Origin: Azolla caroliniana
Lineage: Eukaryota > Plantae > Polypodiophyta
Length of the DNA stretch: 64,000 nucleotides
Direction of reading: 5' to 3'
Assembly: GCA_043228905.1 (NCBI GenBank)
Contig: JBHGNT010000001.1
Span: 5,332,001 to 5,396,000, forward strand
Shown here: positions 47,302-62,830 of the stretch, piece by piece
Layout of the letters: each line of letters opens with the position of its first letter
Numbering within the stretch: position 1 is the first letter of the stretch
Notes under the pieces: generated by a model
What the model saw: only the letters and a program-made list of their open reading frames with translations
Databases searched by the model: none
What the model was told of the DNA's origin: nothing
Made by a program: the position numbers and the translations under genes

Positions 47302-50300
47302 AGCCCATTTACTCCACGTATCTTTCCCACTCCAATTAATGAAGATAGCCACGTTTCTTATTTGATTTAATCAAGTCATATATATTTCTTAATCAATGTA
47401 CCGATTAAGAGTGCATTCACTCTAGTTAATGTTAAGAAGTTTGCAAGACTTCCATGGTTGCATGGAGTCGAGAGATAAGTGCTTTTAAATGTAGAAGCAT
47501 GAAGTGTTCTTTGTCATTACCCATTTCTGGGGATCTTCTACCATGAGAAAGGCAATCCTTGAGACTTGGTATTGACACTTAAAGTGTAAAACAACACTCA
47601 TAAGAGTCATGTAGCCCACAAACACATGGGTCGATGGTAGAGGATGGTAGTTAACTTATTCATTTGAGGTAGTGGGCTTCATTACATGAGGGTGAATGTT
47701 TGGATAGGGTTTACATATAGGGTTTGGGTTTTCCGATTATTTTTTAAAGGAGAATGTTCCTATCACATATTGTTCCAAAACATTGAATGGGTTGTTCCCA
47801 AATATCGACTTTAACGATATTTGAAAACTTTTCAGTTATTGGGGAGTGTTGACACATTGCATTTAAAAAAATAATTATTTGGTTATTAACTCGCCCAAAT
47901 CTCTCCTATTTACATGTTATGCATATGCACGCACATGATAATATCATCATGAATGGTGCACATTAGAACATTAAGATTATGGGCTCAAGTCTTTTGCAAT
48001 AGGGCCATTGTTGTATTCATTGTAAGAGCACTATAGGATTTTAGTTTTAGACCGTGTACACTAAGAATTTCCTCCAAAGGAAAACCCATGGTGAAATGAT
48101 AACATTGCCCTCCAAAAGTGATGCCATTAAAATAAATCTAATGTCCATCATGTATCCCAACACTAGGTTAAATATTTTTAGCAAGTCACCCCAAGAAACC
48201 ATGAAAGATAGATTTCTTGAAGGCTTTGTTTGTAACACTTAGACCAACAAATAGCCTTCTTCAATACATGCAACATAATGACTCAAACTTGTAATGGGAT
48301 ATTTTATGCATTATGGTCGTAGCAATATGTAACATTCTGCAATATATATTGTAGCACAAAATATATGAATCTAATTCAAAATTGTGTATGCATTTTCTAA
48401 TCTTGTTCAATTCCAATAGTTGTGATTTGGCTTGACGGCTTAATGAGGACACTAGGTTTTCAAATGCAACAACATTTACCAAATTTTCTTCTAGTGATTG
48501 AGTACTACATTTTTAAAATCTCAACAATGAATAATTTTTTTAAAAGTTTTTACATTCATAAACCTTATTGTGATGCAATTTTATGAATATCCTACCCTAT
48601 TATTTGTTTTTGTGTGAAATAATACTAGTTATTGCCGAACCACATCATCAAATTCTAGAATAACTTAACTTTTGATTTTCTCGTGGATGTGGAAATAATA
48701 GGTTAATTATGGGGAAAATCAATAAAGATATAATCATATCTGTGAGAAACTACTGATGTACTAATCCACAAATTTATACGATGGGTGCAAATAAGGAAAA
48801 CTTATGCATTTGCATATGTCAAACCTATCATTGGAAACATTGTAATCAAAGGATTGCAAAACACTAAGGATCTTTCAATTTAGAGTTGCACTTGCAACAT
48901 GAAAATTGTGACATTTTCTCTAAATGTTAACTCCGTAGAAGTGCCACAAAGGAAACCTCTTTCCCATTTACCAAATGATAATGAACCCTTTCAGAATATT
49001 CCAAACGTTTAAAACCTAATATTGAGTCCAATATTTGCCTATGATTCAATTCAAATAATTGATGGTGCTTCACATATTTGCCTAATTTTGATACAATTGA
49101 AAGCAATTTTTACCATAAGGTAAAATATATAAATATAAACTAGGAGCTAATTAATTGAAAAAAGTCTTCAAAACCACTCCAACCAAAATAATGAAAAAAA
49201 TCTTCAGATCTACTCCAACCAATTAATACATGGTCCCCCTAGCTCTCAAGGTCACAAATTGATGCACCCCATATTGCATCTAATACTATTTAGATGCAAT
49301 ATCGAATTACAATAGACTAACAATTTTGAATACACCATTTATGTATTTTTTTCTGTGGTTAATATATCTAACAAGGTTACCGTGATGGTTATAATGTTAT
49401 AAGTTATTCAAACAATGGTCTTATGTATAACAACATACCACTCACAATATTAATTTCCAAATATATAGGAGTGGAAACAACATACCTATTGCCAAAGACC
49501 TTTTGGAGACCAATAATCATCATTTTCTCTTGAGGTGTGAATTTTCCTCGCTTCAAGTTTGGCCTTAAGTAGTTGATCCATCTTAACCTGCAACTCTTTC
49601 CACATCTTTGGAGACCTACAAGTATAAAGATACGAAACAATAAACAAGTGCTACAGGTTAAAGCCCGAATGATATGAAACTACCATTAGACTCTAGATGT
49701 CTTAACCTTGATGTGAGTGGTGCATTCAACAAATTAAGGGCCTTGGAGTACCTTATAAATACTTGGTGATGGGTTTAGTAAGTCTAACGTTAGGTTCATT
49801 GTAAAAATAATTCATGTTGTAGATTCATGTCATTGCAATTGATGTTGATCATATTTAAAAATGGACAAGAATTATAGTTAAAAACCCTTTAGGTACTTGT
49901 AAGAAACTCGAGACTATTAATTTTGAAATAATGTGAAGATTGGTCAACATTTATCCATATTATAAATGCAAAATTAAGGCATGAACGTTAAGGGATTTGG
50001 TAATGAAACACCCAAGCTTCTTGGCTTCTAGACTAAAGGTAGGTAGAGTGGATCATCTCAAATCAATCCAAACTCAACAATCCTTTGGAGTAATTAAACG
50101 TCGGATCATGATGTCCTTAATATAAGTTTGAATTGTTGTGACAAGTGACATGTTGTGCAAAAACCCATAATGTAAATGACATTAACGATAATATCGAGTG
50201 TAAACTAGTTATCCTAATGCTTAATTGTTAATATTGTGGAACGATCCTAGCACATTACAATCACAATTTATGCTAACACTTTTGATAATTGAAGTGGTGA

Positions 50301-51224
50301 TGTTTCAACTAACATTATGGCAGGTTGTGCAAGCACTTGATTGTTGAATGTCTTGAGGTATATAGTAGCCTACAATAGGCATCATGATATTCATGAGAGT
50401 GTATGTAGGCATATTAAATATTTATTGTTGTACAGTTGTATTATATTGTGCTTTGAGATGATTGGCATAGACGTTAATGGATCAATCATAAGATTGAAGT
50501 AGAGTTATATATTTTGTATTGAGAGGTCATTCACTTATAATGATGATGCCAAGAACTATAACTCAATATCTAATTAGTAGAATGTCTGAAGATCCAGTTG
50601 TATATAAAAAAGATATGTGATATTGCTCAACGTGAAGGGAATACTCATCCTGGTTTTCTGATAGAGCAATTATAATATTATGAAGCTATAGCATATGATC
50701 ATGCATTGCAGTCTTACGAAAGAATCAAGTGACACGCAAATTAATAAGAATTGAGGAAGAATAAGACGACGACGACGAAGAAGCAGTAGTAGAGATCGTC
50801 GGATGGTTCCATTCCCAACAATTGAAAGATTTTGCCTTGCAGTTTCTGTGCTAGTGGAGGGATCATAATCTGCATAATACGCATATCTACACATTCGACA
50901 AAAAGACTGTGTGTATCCACGCTTGACATGTGATGTGATCATGCACGGTTATTTTTAAGGCATACACGGAAAACTGGTCATTCCTTGTGGTCGTGAACTG
51001 TGTGTCGACAGAAACGGAAAGAGAGATGAGTTATGGTCGTCGACGTGCTCAGCTATCGTCTAAATGATCAGCCCTGAATGAAGCGATGAGAGGGATGGGA
51101 TTAAACTGATGATACCTGCTTTCTTAGCCACGTCGCTCCAATTTCCATAGCCATTCTCGGTCACATACTTCTGGAGCTTCTCGTCCTCATCAGGAGACCA
51201 CAGCCGCTTCCTCATGATGATCAT
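46087..51224 (-). CDS. R2R3-MYB transcription factor, 3 exons, ~321 aa
   Basis: Exon 1 51224-51116 ([28 protein letters not shown]). Exon 2 49615-49486 (canonical 130 nt, [23 protein letters not shown]). Exon 3 46813-46087 ([20 protein letters not shown]). GT-AG introns in phases 1 and 2; 966 nt open. Confidence 0.93.
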
Positions 51225-51389
51225 GCACTAGGCGGTAGATGATGGATTTGGCGATGGCGATGGCGATGGTGATGGAAGAAGATGATTAAGGGGGGTGGGG
51301 GGGAGAGATTCAGATTACAGTTTATTTGCACCTATTAATGTAATGTAATGTAATGAATGTAGTAGGACTAGGTTAAATATCTGATTCGA

Positions 51390-51449
51390 CATATATATAT
51401 ATATATACACCATACACACATATGCATATGTGTATATGCACATATGTAC

Positions 51450-51481
<32 letters not shown>

Positions 51482-51525
51482 TGAATGTATGTTAATGTAT
51501 GTACGTAATGTATGCATGTTATGTA
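51390..51525. repeat. (AT)n / (ATGT)n simple repeats upstream of MYB
   Basis: Directly visible AT and TATG runs. Confidence 0.8.
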
Positions 51526-54500
51526 GATTACTAGCAGAACGGTGTTTTAATTATACCCTACATTTAATTTTAATTACTTTTTTGGTTTTCTTTTTTTTTT
51601 CGGGTGGGTGGGGACGTGTTTTTAATCTATTATTTATTATTAATTCTCATCAGCATCATTATTATTATTTATTATTATTTGATCATTACGCGCGGAGCTT
51701 TCATTTGTTTTTTTGTTCTTTTATTTTCTACCATCACAAAAAATATAAGCTCCTCCTCTCCTTTCAATGTTTGTTGTTAGATTTGATTGTTCACATTCAA
51801 CACATTCACACTCGTCGGGATCTCCTTTGCTTGGCTTCTATCAATTTCAATCTATACGTTTGGACTTGATTTTATGCTCCATGTGTGATTTTTCTTTACT
51901 TAATTGCTACCACTAATCATACCACGTGTATGTTGTGATAATGTGTGTGTATGTCGGGGGATTATTCCGTTGGACTCATTATGTGCATGCAATTGCCATT
52001 GTACCCAATGCAACTTGTCCTCCCTTTGGCTACTCCTGCCACTTCGAACCCATCATTCCTATACGCCAACAATATTATCATAACTTCTTCTTTTCGTATT
52101 GGTTGGCAAAAGAAAAAGCACAATATGTAAAACCTACATTTCAATCATCTTTAGCCTTACCCACAAAAATGATTGATCGAAGTGAAGTTACTAGCTAGCT
52201 AGATTGACTGACTTTTGCATGTTTCTCTAGGTAAAAACTATATTTCATGATTAACTTCCATAATATATACATTGGGTATATGACATCAGAATTTGTGTAA
52301 CGTAATATATGATCCAATGAAGATTATAAAGTTTTATGTGTCTCAATAATATACTTGTCCATAAGAACCTTCTTATGAGATGTCTTATTGACTTTGTAAG
52401 AGATTATCTAGGAGAGTATCTCATTGCAGTTGGATGAGATCCTATACCACAACATCCACTTTGGATGGGAGAATCCTCAACGAGAGTATCTCCCTTTTGA
52501 TCAAGATCGCCTTAGAGATTATCAACATTGGGTCCTCTGAATGTGGGACCAATCAAGAAGATCCTAGAGTCAGGTTCTCATCCAAGATCCCTTAATCATG
52601 CCTATATAGTCTTCGATTGAGTCGAAGCAAGCCCTCGACACTTGAATCAAGGCCCATGTAACTCCATATGTGCTAATAGATTGCGACACTCCTTAAATTT
52701 GTCGGAGACTTTCTTAGAGCAATATTGTTTTGCCACAATTCTGTATTTCTCAATCAAATGGTTGAAGTCAAACCTCAATTGATTTAGTTGATATCAACAA
52801 TGGGACCAATCATAGATTTCATATAAGAATGATGTTCTCAATGGACGAATCCTAATCCACCTGCTTTGTTGGAGATGCTCTAGGGGTGGCATCCCTAAAG
52901 AATCTCTTTAGGAAATGTCACTCTCGCATAGATTCCTTATTGATTTTTCAAATGTCCACATTAGTGTTCCCCTACTTTGTGTGAAGCGTGAATACTCTGG
53001 TGAAGGGCCAATATTAAAGAAATTCTTCAAAGTAAAGTTCCCCCTAGAATTCCTCCTTCGATTGCATTAGGAATGAGCCCTCAATGCCTCATTTGAGTCG
53101 TGTGTGATTAATGCTCTAGGAGTGGGACACTTGCTTTTGCAGGGCCTTTCTTGCCAAACATTTTTGACTTGGTGGAGTTGATTGAGTGGAACCGAGCCCT
53201 CATTTACTCTCCATTTGCATTGTAGGGAGATGATGTGATCGCATATAGGATGGGACCAATATGTATAAAGAAGTTTTGAGACACAGGCATTTACATCAAT
53301 CCATGATTGTGCCATAATTTCCTACTTATGGTGTACGATAAAGTCGAAGTGAGTCCTCTACAAACATAATAATCACCCTTCAACAACTATTACTCTCTCG
53401 AGGAATGATTTGACAACGTATAATCGCTCACACGTCACCTTTTACTCTTCTATGTTTTTTATTTCGATGTACTTAAAGAACCATATCATCGAAATAAGTT
53501 TCGGATAATGTCTAATGATACAATATCATGAAGTTATAAGCATCCAGGTTGCAAAAGCTACATTTAGGACATCATGATAATTAATACAAGCATTGAAATT
53601 TTAATACAAGTTCATACAAAGTCAAACAAATATTTGATTACTCTTTCCATATATACATATGTACCCTCTACGTGTGAACATGTATTGTTTTCTTGTCAAT
53701 TAACCTTGATTACTCACCAAGAGGTCTATAGATATGCATTAGATTGATTGCGATAATAACATGTTCATATGGAATGATACCATGTGTACGACTATGTCAA
53801 TGCAAACACATGTTAACTGAGCACCGTTGCTCATAGATCAAGAATTTATTATTGTATACACTAATCTAGGTGCTTGTGGGTCTCTTGCAGATACAACAAT
53901 ATAATAAATAAAATGTGAGGAAAAATTGCACAATTCCATTTTAATTGAACTTTTTCACATAAGCATCCAAGAGAGCCTAATGAATGTTGGTGTTATGCAT
54001 GAGCCTTACATTTAGACGAAGAGTAAATTAAACCATAATATTTAATTGATAAGGAATTGTTTGTTTGAGAATTGACGTAAGTTACTTGATGAAGCCTTCC
54101 ACTATTGGATGTGTTCTTCCACTATTAAAATCGCGAAAAGAGAACTAGGGGGATTTCACAAAAAAGCACATCATATTATAAATTCATAGTATCGTATAAG
54201 TTGAGCATTAGGATTTCAACCCTTCGGGTCATGGAAATTGAATTTAAAACTAGTTAGTGTGCATGGTCTCAATTTGACAACATGAATACTCAACCCATAA
54301 CCTCATACCAAAGTACAATATTTGGGTTATCTAATGAGTGCAATCGTGCTTGCCTATTTATAAGATTTAAAAGGTATTGATAAGGTAAAGTTTACTAATA
54401 TTGATTTTGTTGGATCATATTTACATTGGGTAGAACATCTGCAACCAAATCATTGTACTTCTGATGAGCAATTCATCTCATGCTACTATATTTCATGAAC

Positions 54501-57500
54501 AACGGATCCATTTATGCTTTCGAGTGTGCTTGAAAAGTGAGTTGGTAACAACAAAAGATGACTTCGACCCAAAAAACTACTCTTTCGAATTTGTAATATC
54601 GTTGCATTGAAGTTTTTTTTTTGTAATATCGTTCAATGACGTCACACAATGCATTTTGTACTACTAATAGACATATGTGGAGTTGTAACAAATCCTTGCA
54701 TTGAAGTTTCTTATGTGATGTAGTTTAGTGATGTCACACAATTGTTTGTTTGTTTGTTTGCTTGCATAGGAAAGCAAATAACATAGTGGTTTCATGCATT
54801 CCCTTGATTGTTTGGACTTTGTTGTTGAACAATAGCGTTCTCACTAAAAAGGTTCAATCCTTGATATTTGTTGGTGCTCACAAGATGTGTGTTTTATCTA
54901 CGAGATGACACTCAATCATTCCTATGAGTCAAAGAAAGTAATAAGCATAGGTTAGTGTTTTGAATATTCATGATACAAATAACATGAATATTGACGAGTA
55001 TGCTAAAGAACAACCGGGAAAAAATAACTTTTATACATCGTCTTATAATAAGCTAGTTATTACTGTCTCAAGTTACTTTCATATGCGCATAAACTTAGCT
55101 TAGAAATTCTAAAGTTTTCACAAGCATGTGGGGGAATAATGCTTGTGTTGTGCAATATTAACGTTGTAGTTTGAGGTCTAAGATGAGTTTGATGTTGCAT
55201 TTACTAATCATAATACATAATTATTATTACAACTTTTAGATCATGCATCATAGTAGTCTACTCCCCATCAAAGATTTATATTGTTAACATTGACTTGAAA
55301 CACACAGACTGACTCAACGTTAGTCCATAAGTACATTTACTAACAAATGGGATGGAATGAAACTAGGAAAAGCAACTCGACAAAGTGGATTCTTTGATGT
55401 TAGCTCGGTGATGATGGAGTGTACATGGAGCTTAATATAAGAGTACATTATATCCAAAATCCAATATCCCATGATATGACCCTTAGATGGGATATGACCC
55501 TTAGGATGTCTAGAATATTTGAATATGGATAAATATTATAGATAGACTTCATAAACCTATAAATATTATAGATAGACTTCATGACACTATAATTTTCTTG
55601 CCATTAACATGTGTCCAAAACTTTCTTACTCTATGGCCTAGATGATGATCATAATTAATTAAAGTGTTGTGTACATGCTCTAAGATGGGTTGGATGAAAA
55701 ATGGTATATCATGGCATAAGATAGTGGTAAGCTAGCACATTATCTAAAGTCGATTTGCAATAAGTCTTAAAAAGAGTATGAGACGCCAATAAAAAGGAAA
55801 TATCTATGCTTGCTATGGCATGCACTATAATAAAATTTTAGTATGAAAATATACACAGAATTTCAAAAAGTATGATTGAAAGAAAGATGTTATTTTGTTT
55901 TTGTTTAATTATCTTTTTACATAAATGTTTGTCTCTCATAATAGTATCACCTTAATAATGTAAAAAATCAACAATGTCAACGTTGTTTCTATTTGCATTG
56001 ATTTATCAACCTTCTCTTTGTCTCCCATGATACACACATGTAGAACGAGTTATAAGATATCGAAGATAAACTTGAGCATACATGATATGGTAAAAATAAT
56101 ATTTTGGCTCTAACAATCTAATTGAAGGCCCAATATATCAATGTTATAGATAATCTATTTTCACACATTAACCTTTATTGAGATTTTGTATTACATTTAG
56201 TATATGTGCCCTTTATTGAGACTTTGCCATTTCAACAAGGAATATACTAAGGTGAATCTTTCAACAACAACAACAAAAAGATTTATAACATCTTGTCCTC
56301 ATATCATGATTTGGCGATAAAAGCTCATGCTTTATAACCGTTAGGTTGTGGGTTTAACCCCTATTGGGCACATCATGTGTGTTAACGTATGTGTCACATG
56401 GGTTGTTCAAGTGGTTAAGGATAAATATCCCCAATAGAGCAGCCAAGTGACCTTAATATTGTGAGTCAATTGATGAGAAAGATCCAATGAGATCAATCTT
56501 TGCCTTTCACGAATATTCCAATGATCATAGATTGTTGACCTCACAATAAATTTATAGAAGAAAGGTTTTTGAATCCCCTTTGTGAGCATTTATATGAGTG
56601 GGTTTCTTTGGGAAAGGCAAAAATATTCCAAGATCTTACATGAGTTTGGCAATTAATAAATATGGTTACTTTAGAAGGCTCATGCACAACACTATCTTCA
56701 CATTGCTCACATATGATCCATGGAGTAAAGGATTAATGAAGCATTGTTGTGATAATACAATCATTAAACTGATTTTGGGCTTCAAGAGAAATGCCATTTC
56801 ATCATATAAGTATACATTGTGGAATGACTAATATTTAAGTTTATGTTATCAATACCCTATCATATGATGCATCATTCATAAGATCATAGTGAGATGAATC
56901 TAGGGTACCAACAATGGCTTAATTTGGAGTTTCAGTGTGAGGCTAATAAGCTTTTCTCTAAAAAAAAGCTCTAAAAGTTCCCCATTAGAGGCCTCCTTTC
57001 CTATTGGTTGAGAGTGCGCAATTTTTGGAACATTCCAAATAGTTATATAATTTGAATTGATCCCAAAAATTGCCTAATTCATAGGCGTGTGGGTTTCAAC
57101 CGGGAAAAAGTTATTATAGTGTGCTACCATTTGTCGGGTCTACTCCTTAATACTCCTACAAAAAAGGAAATGTTAAGTTAAAGCTAGAACTTTGTGATAG
57201 GTGGTGAAATAAATAGTATCCAATATTAAGTAATACAATACCATGTAACTTTCATACTTTCATTACATCATCGTAGTAAGCCTCAAGCAAATATTTAACA
57301 ATTGTTCCTCGTAATCACAAGTCTTATCATTAATCATTATTAAATGGGTCTTGGTTTAAGTGTGAGCTGCATCCATAACACTATCTTTCACTTGGCTCCC
57401 TTGTGTTAGCAACTTGCAAACCTTCCTTCGCGATCATATGTTATTACCTAGATTGTTGGTTTCAAGCCTCGTTCACATTTAGTGTTTGTTTGTTTTATTA

Positions 57501-60500
57501 GGATGGCAATTCTAGTGGGCCATCACTCTTATGGAAAATCATCGTAAGGTAAACCTAGAAGTTGGCGATGAGTAGTAAAAACACAAGCACATCACTACAA
57601 ACTTACACCACATTGGCTCCTAAGTTTCAAACAAAAAGAGATAATTGTGGCCTTATACCTAGAAGCATTACAAGTGGCTAGATAAAGAAGAGATAGGAGC
57701 ACACTAAAATTGCATAATATACGTTTTGCATATACAACATCAATTAGTACCATATATATTTTTAGTCACTTATCGATATTTTAATGCTAGAATTAATTTA
57801 AATTTATCTGTATCATATGATTTTCCAATCATGCCTTGGTTATTGTTGTTGACCTTTTATTGCATAATAACATTTAACCTAGAAACTTACTCTTAATATT
57901 GAACATTGACATATGATCCTCAACTGGAGTATGAATGTGCATCACACTGCCACAAACATTAGAAATGCAAAATCTTACATGCATCAAGTTTATTTTTTAG
58001 TTCATCAATCTCAAAACTTATTTGGATTGCAAATGCTTATCTCTCTCTTAATAGAGTTGTATACCTCTAAGAATGGTCTATTGAGTAGAAAAAAATAAAG
58101 CTATCATGTATCAAATGATGCCTCAAACTAAGCCAATACATGTACACCAACTCTTTTTATTGCACACTCCAATATAGTTTCAAGATCGAATGTTCACATC
58201 AATCTCGTATCAATGATATTCTTTCATGATTCAATGTCCGAGACTTTAGGAAAATATATATCTTTTCCTTGATGCATGTAGATTTAACAACTTATGGCCA
58301 ATAATAATTAAGGTGAATCAATATCCAATTTGCATGCAGAATGTATTTTGTTGTGTAATACATAACTATAATATGAATATTTTTCGTACACTTTAGACTT
58401 TATTGTCAATGTCCGGATATTAAGTATACTTAGTTATTATTTGTAATTATACCGCTTAACTTTATAAGAGAATCAAAATTTGCACCATCGACGTTGTGTA
58501 CAAAGTACCTCTAGTATGGATATTAATTCTTATGTGACATGAGAACCCATTCATTTAGATATCTATTTATTATGGCTATCTATTGGTGGTTGAAGTATCT
58601 AACTCACACATGAACTTCCAATTTATTAAAGCTTGACAGATTCCTATGAGATAATTACATCTATGTGGACATGCATGTAAATATACGAGTTGCACAATAT
58701 CGTGTACAAAATAAAACATTTAGAGTTGAATTAAAAGCCCCAAGGAAAGCTTAGTTGTCCCAAAAGGAGTTATAAATAGTTATTGAACCTCTTCTTCACA
58801 TCAAAAGATAAAGGTATAATACATACGTTCAAAGCCTGTCCCATGATTACATATTGTTGGAAACGTCAATATAAATGTAGCGATTTTCCGAATCTTTGAA
58901 GCTGAATTTTGAAATTCAATCTAGATCAATGAAGGTTTATGGATATATGAAGCAAAAGTCTTTCATGTTCTCTCATTAGATGTGTGTGTCCAACAGTCTT
59001 TGTATAGATAGATATACATACATCAATATATCATTCTCAAAACCTCAAGTAGAGTGTGTCTAGTTAGTGAGTGACCTTCGAGCCTCATGAATATCACAAA
59101 GGAATGTTGGACGTGAGTTGAAATTGTGATTTAGAAAGAAATGTGCCTAGTTAATTGTCATGTTTAAGAAGATGTGGAAAAAACTAGATTGAAATACAAG
59201 TGAGGGGAAGAATTGTAGTAAGCACGTCATATTCAAACTTAATCTTGTTTTTGAACAAACATGCATAATTAATAAATCCATGAGAACCTCTATGATTGAT
59301 GAGAACTTCCATGCTATTTAAAGCTATTTTTTGTTTCAAGTGGCTCATTATTCTATATAATGCATGGTTTATCAAATTATTGACTCGACTCTTCACAAAC
59401 ATGGCCTTTATTTTGAAGGTAGTGACATAATGTACTAGTCATCAAAAAAATTTCAAAGACACCCTAAATTCTTTGCGCAACTTCGAGTTCTAAACTATTT
59501 GCTAGAAGCACCACATTTCGTGAACCATAACAAAAACACCCCATCTAGATACGATAAAAGCATAAGAATTTGATTCGCAGTGGTAGTGCCTTAAACACCT
59601 TCTTCTTGTATAAGCTTGCCAACCATATGACCTAATTCACAACTTAAAAGTGAATCTTTCTAAAATTCCATCTCCTATGCATACAATTTCACATATTCAT
59701 AGATGCAAGAAGCATATATTCACTAGGTGCTTTGGAGTCCCTTCCATAGATATCCAAATATGTTACCATAATAAAAGAATTATTGGGAGTTTGAAAGAGA
59801 TGGATGATTGTAAACATGCACAAGACACAAGATATTATCAGAGGCTCAAGGTTGAGCCCATGGTGAGGAATCCAACTTGGGTTTTCTCAATTTTACGACT
59901 TTGAATCTTAATTGATAAATAGATTTATTTTATTATCGTTCTCAAAGGTTAAAAAAATGACTCATGGGATCAAAATGAAACACTTTTATGTTGTGTGTAT
60001 TGACTTGGTTTGTGCCTCTTGGTGTTCAACAATATTATCAACAATTTTGCAATTGAGCGTGCATTGTGACTAAGAGACAAACTTGTTCGTGGCAAAAGAT
60101 ACATATTTATGAGTCTCCTTGTGCCCCAATATCTCATTTCAAATTGAAATATGTGACCTTATTCATAAGGAAGCAACCGATGAATCCTTGGTTAAATATT
60201 TAGATATTACATTCCAAAAAATACTATAGGACTTGGAGAAAGGGATTATCTAGCTTGGATGCGTGAGTGTGGTTTGCCTAATATAGTTTTTTAGTTAGGT
60301 GCAACATATGTTTGTAATGCATGGAACATGAGCATCCACATCTCTCTCCAAAACTTGATTCAAAGCTCTTGGAGCTTAATTAAAGAATTCTCAAAAATGG
60401 GATTCTTCGAAGGATGCATGCATCATCCAAGGATGGAAATGACATGTAGAGAATACAAAAACAAATTTAGACCTACATCTTGTTTTAGTTAATCTCTTCA

Positions 60501-60581
60501 TCACCCTAATATATTCATCTCAATAGCATTTATGTTGTACATTGTCGTGTCTTCCTACAACACATCATATTTCAAGATTAT

Positions 60582-61251
60582 TGTTAGGATTTTGTCCTCC
60601 TCAAGGGAGAAGTCGGCAGTCGAATAGTAGATGTTGGCAGTCAAATTTAGGACAATCGACCAACAAGTCAACTTGGTGATCGACCGTTTAAAAGAATTGG
60701 AGAGTCGACTATATTGGATAGATGATCCACGTGAAAGACTAGGCCGACTAGTCAGGTCAGTCGGATGTATGAAGGAGAAGTCGACAATGGGAGTCAGCTA
60801 GTCGGATCGTCTGGATAATCGACAATGGGAGTCGACTAGGTGAATCAACTAGACTGTCGGCTTGTGGGTTGGACAGTAAATATGTGGAGTTAGGGCAAAC
60901 ACTCTATATAGATCTTGAGAGCGAAGAAAACGTAGAATATAGCAAGTAGCAACACTATGTAGAACAATGGTGTGCAACAAAAAGAGAAGTGAGACGCGAG
61001 AGAATGTGCGTGTATGCATAGTGGAGTGAATCTTGCCAGAACCCTAAGTGGTGAATTCTCTGTTTTAGCAGAGTCTTTGTAATCTGTTCCTTCTTTTTCT
61101 CGTACATATGTTATAAAGGGAAGATCTGTTGCACCGTGGTTTTCCCATTTTAGGGTTTCCACGTAAATCTTGTGTACTATGTTTTTTGTTTTTTGTTCTG
61201 TATATCATCCGAGACTATTTTGCTTGTTGATTTATGGTCCACATCATAACA
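60582..61251 (+). repeat. 5' LTR of the copia element
   Basis: TG..CA ends with a 5-bp inverted repeat, TATA-like CTATATA near 60904, internal GTCGAC-rich repeats, followed by the PBS. Confidence 0.8.
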
Positions 61252-62830
61252 AACTGGTATAAGAGCTTGAGGTGCAAAATGGAAGGAGGTGTGAGTGGTT
61301 TTCTAGGAATGATAGTCCTGAACTCACACAACTACTTAGATTGGAAGATCAAGATAGAAGATCTCCTAACAGTCAAAGACATGTATGAGCCCATAGACAG
61401 GAGTGAAATACCCACAGGGGTGTTGGTGTCTAAGTGGAAACTCCTGAACAGGAAGGTTGTAGCCACCATCAAACAATGTGTAAGCATGAGTGTCCTACAT
61501 CATGTGGCTAACGATACAAATGCTTAGTACGAAATGTGGCACAAATTGTCAGGGTTGTACGAAAGGGAAAATGCCCTCAACAAAGCCTCTCTAATGAGAA
61601 AGATCGTAAGACTGAAGTACAAAGATAGAGAAAGCATAGTAGTACACATCAACACCTTCATGGGGTTAGTTAATCAACATGCAACAACCAAGTTCCCCTA
61701 GACGACGCTCTTCAAGCTCTGTTGCTATTGTGTACCCTACCGGACACCTGGGAGAGCCTGGTGGTGTCTCTCAATACCTCGTGCCAAGAAGAAAACTTGT
61801 CCTTACAAGTGGTAAATATGATTATTCTAAACGAGGAAACCCGAAGGAAGGACAAGGGTGTTCTATCCCAGTCGGGGGGGCCGACTGGGCAAATGTTGCA
61901 CAACATTCCGGCAGAGGAAGAAGCAAGTAGAGAAGTCCACAAAAGAGAGACATGTCTGCCAGGTCCAAGTCTGTAGGAAAGCTCACATGCTTCTACTACG
62001 GAAAACTTGGACACTTCCAAAAGTACTATTGACACCTTAAGAAAGACAATGGTGCTTCGAACGATGTCAAACCCAAAAAGATTTATAGGGAGAAGGGCAC
62101 TTCAGACATGGCTACAAGTGAAGAAGAGGTCTTGTTCATTTGTGAGCAAGCGAGTGTAAACCTCACAAATGAAGAGTGTGCCTGGGTTATTGACTCCATT
62201 GCATCATTCCATTTAACTCCCTTGAGAGAATGTTTCTCATCTTACACAAAGATGGGAGATGATGGAGCATGCAAGATTGCTGACATCAGAAGTGTATGTC
62301 TGGCAACATCGTCTGGTTGTAGATTGATCCTTAGGGATGTTCGACATGTGCTCAATATGAGGCAGAATCTGATATCGACTAGAAGATTGGACGATGAAGG
62401 CTACAATGATAGTTTTCAAAATGGCATGTGAAAGTTTTGTAAGGGAAGTCTCATAATGGTCCGAGCATAGAAACAGGGCACATTGTATGTGATGCATGCC
62501 AAGTTGTGCAAGGATGAAGCAAATGTGACAACCGACTCAAATGGGGAGCTATGGCATAAGAGGCTTGGTCACATGAGCGAGACAATCATGCATATTCTAG
62601 CCAACAAAAGACTTCTTCAGGAAGTAAAAGGGATACACTTGGAGAAGTGTGTCGACTGCCTCGTCGGAAATCAAAATAGAGTCGTGTTTCACTCAAGACC
62701 ACCAAAGAGAAAAAAATGTGCACTAGAACTAGTCCACACGGATGTATGCTACGTAGATGCTCCATCACACCGTGGTGGACAAAATTTTGTGACATTCATT
62801 GATGACTATAGCAAAAAGTTGTGGGCTTTT
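60582..62830 (+). mobile_element. Ty1/copia LTR retrotransposon, 5' part (LTR, PBS, decayed gag-protease-integrase)
   Basis: LTR TGTTA...TAACA at 60582-61251. PBS TGGTAT(A)AGAGC at 61255-61266 (tRNA-iMet type, 1 mismatch). gag NYLDWKIKIEDLL and LLCTLPDTWESLVVSL; protease WVIDSIASFH; LWHKRLGHMS; integrase LELVHTDVC..TFIDDYSK. Confidence 0.92.

Noticed and set aside
49271-49302. 13-bp stem hairpin ATATTGCATCTAA / TTAGATGCAATAT in MYB intron 2
   Set aside because: Too short and AT-rich to support a MITE or miRNA call.
51444-52198. ORFs of 60-141 aa upstream of MYB
   Set aside because: They arise from simple repeats and T-rich low-complexity sequence.
52330-53330. Less AT-rich block that might be a retroelement remnant
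   Set aside because: No diagnostic motif or terminus could be identified by eye.
56300-56372. tRNA-like fragment (TTATAACC..GGTTGTGGGTTTAACCCC)
   Set aside because: No complete cloverleaf or intact boxes; at most a decayed SINE or tRNA relic.
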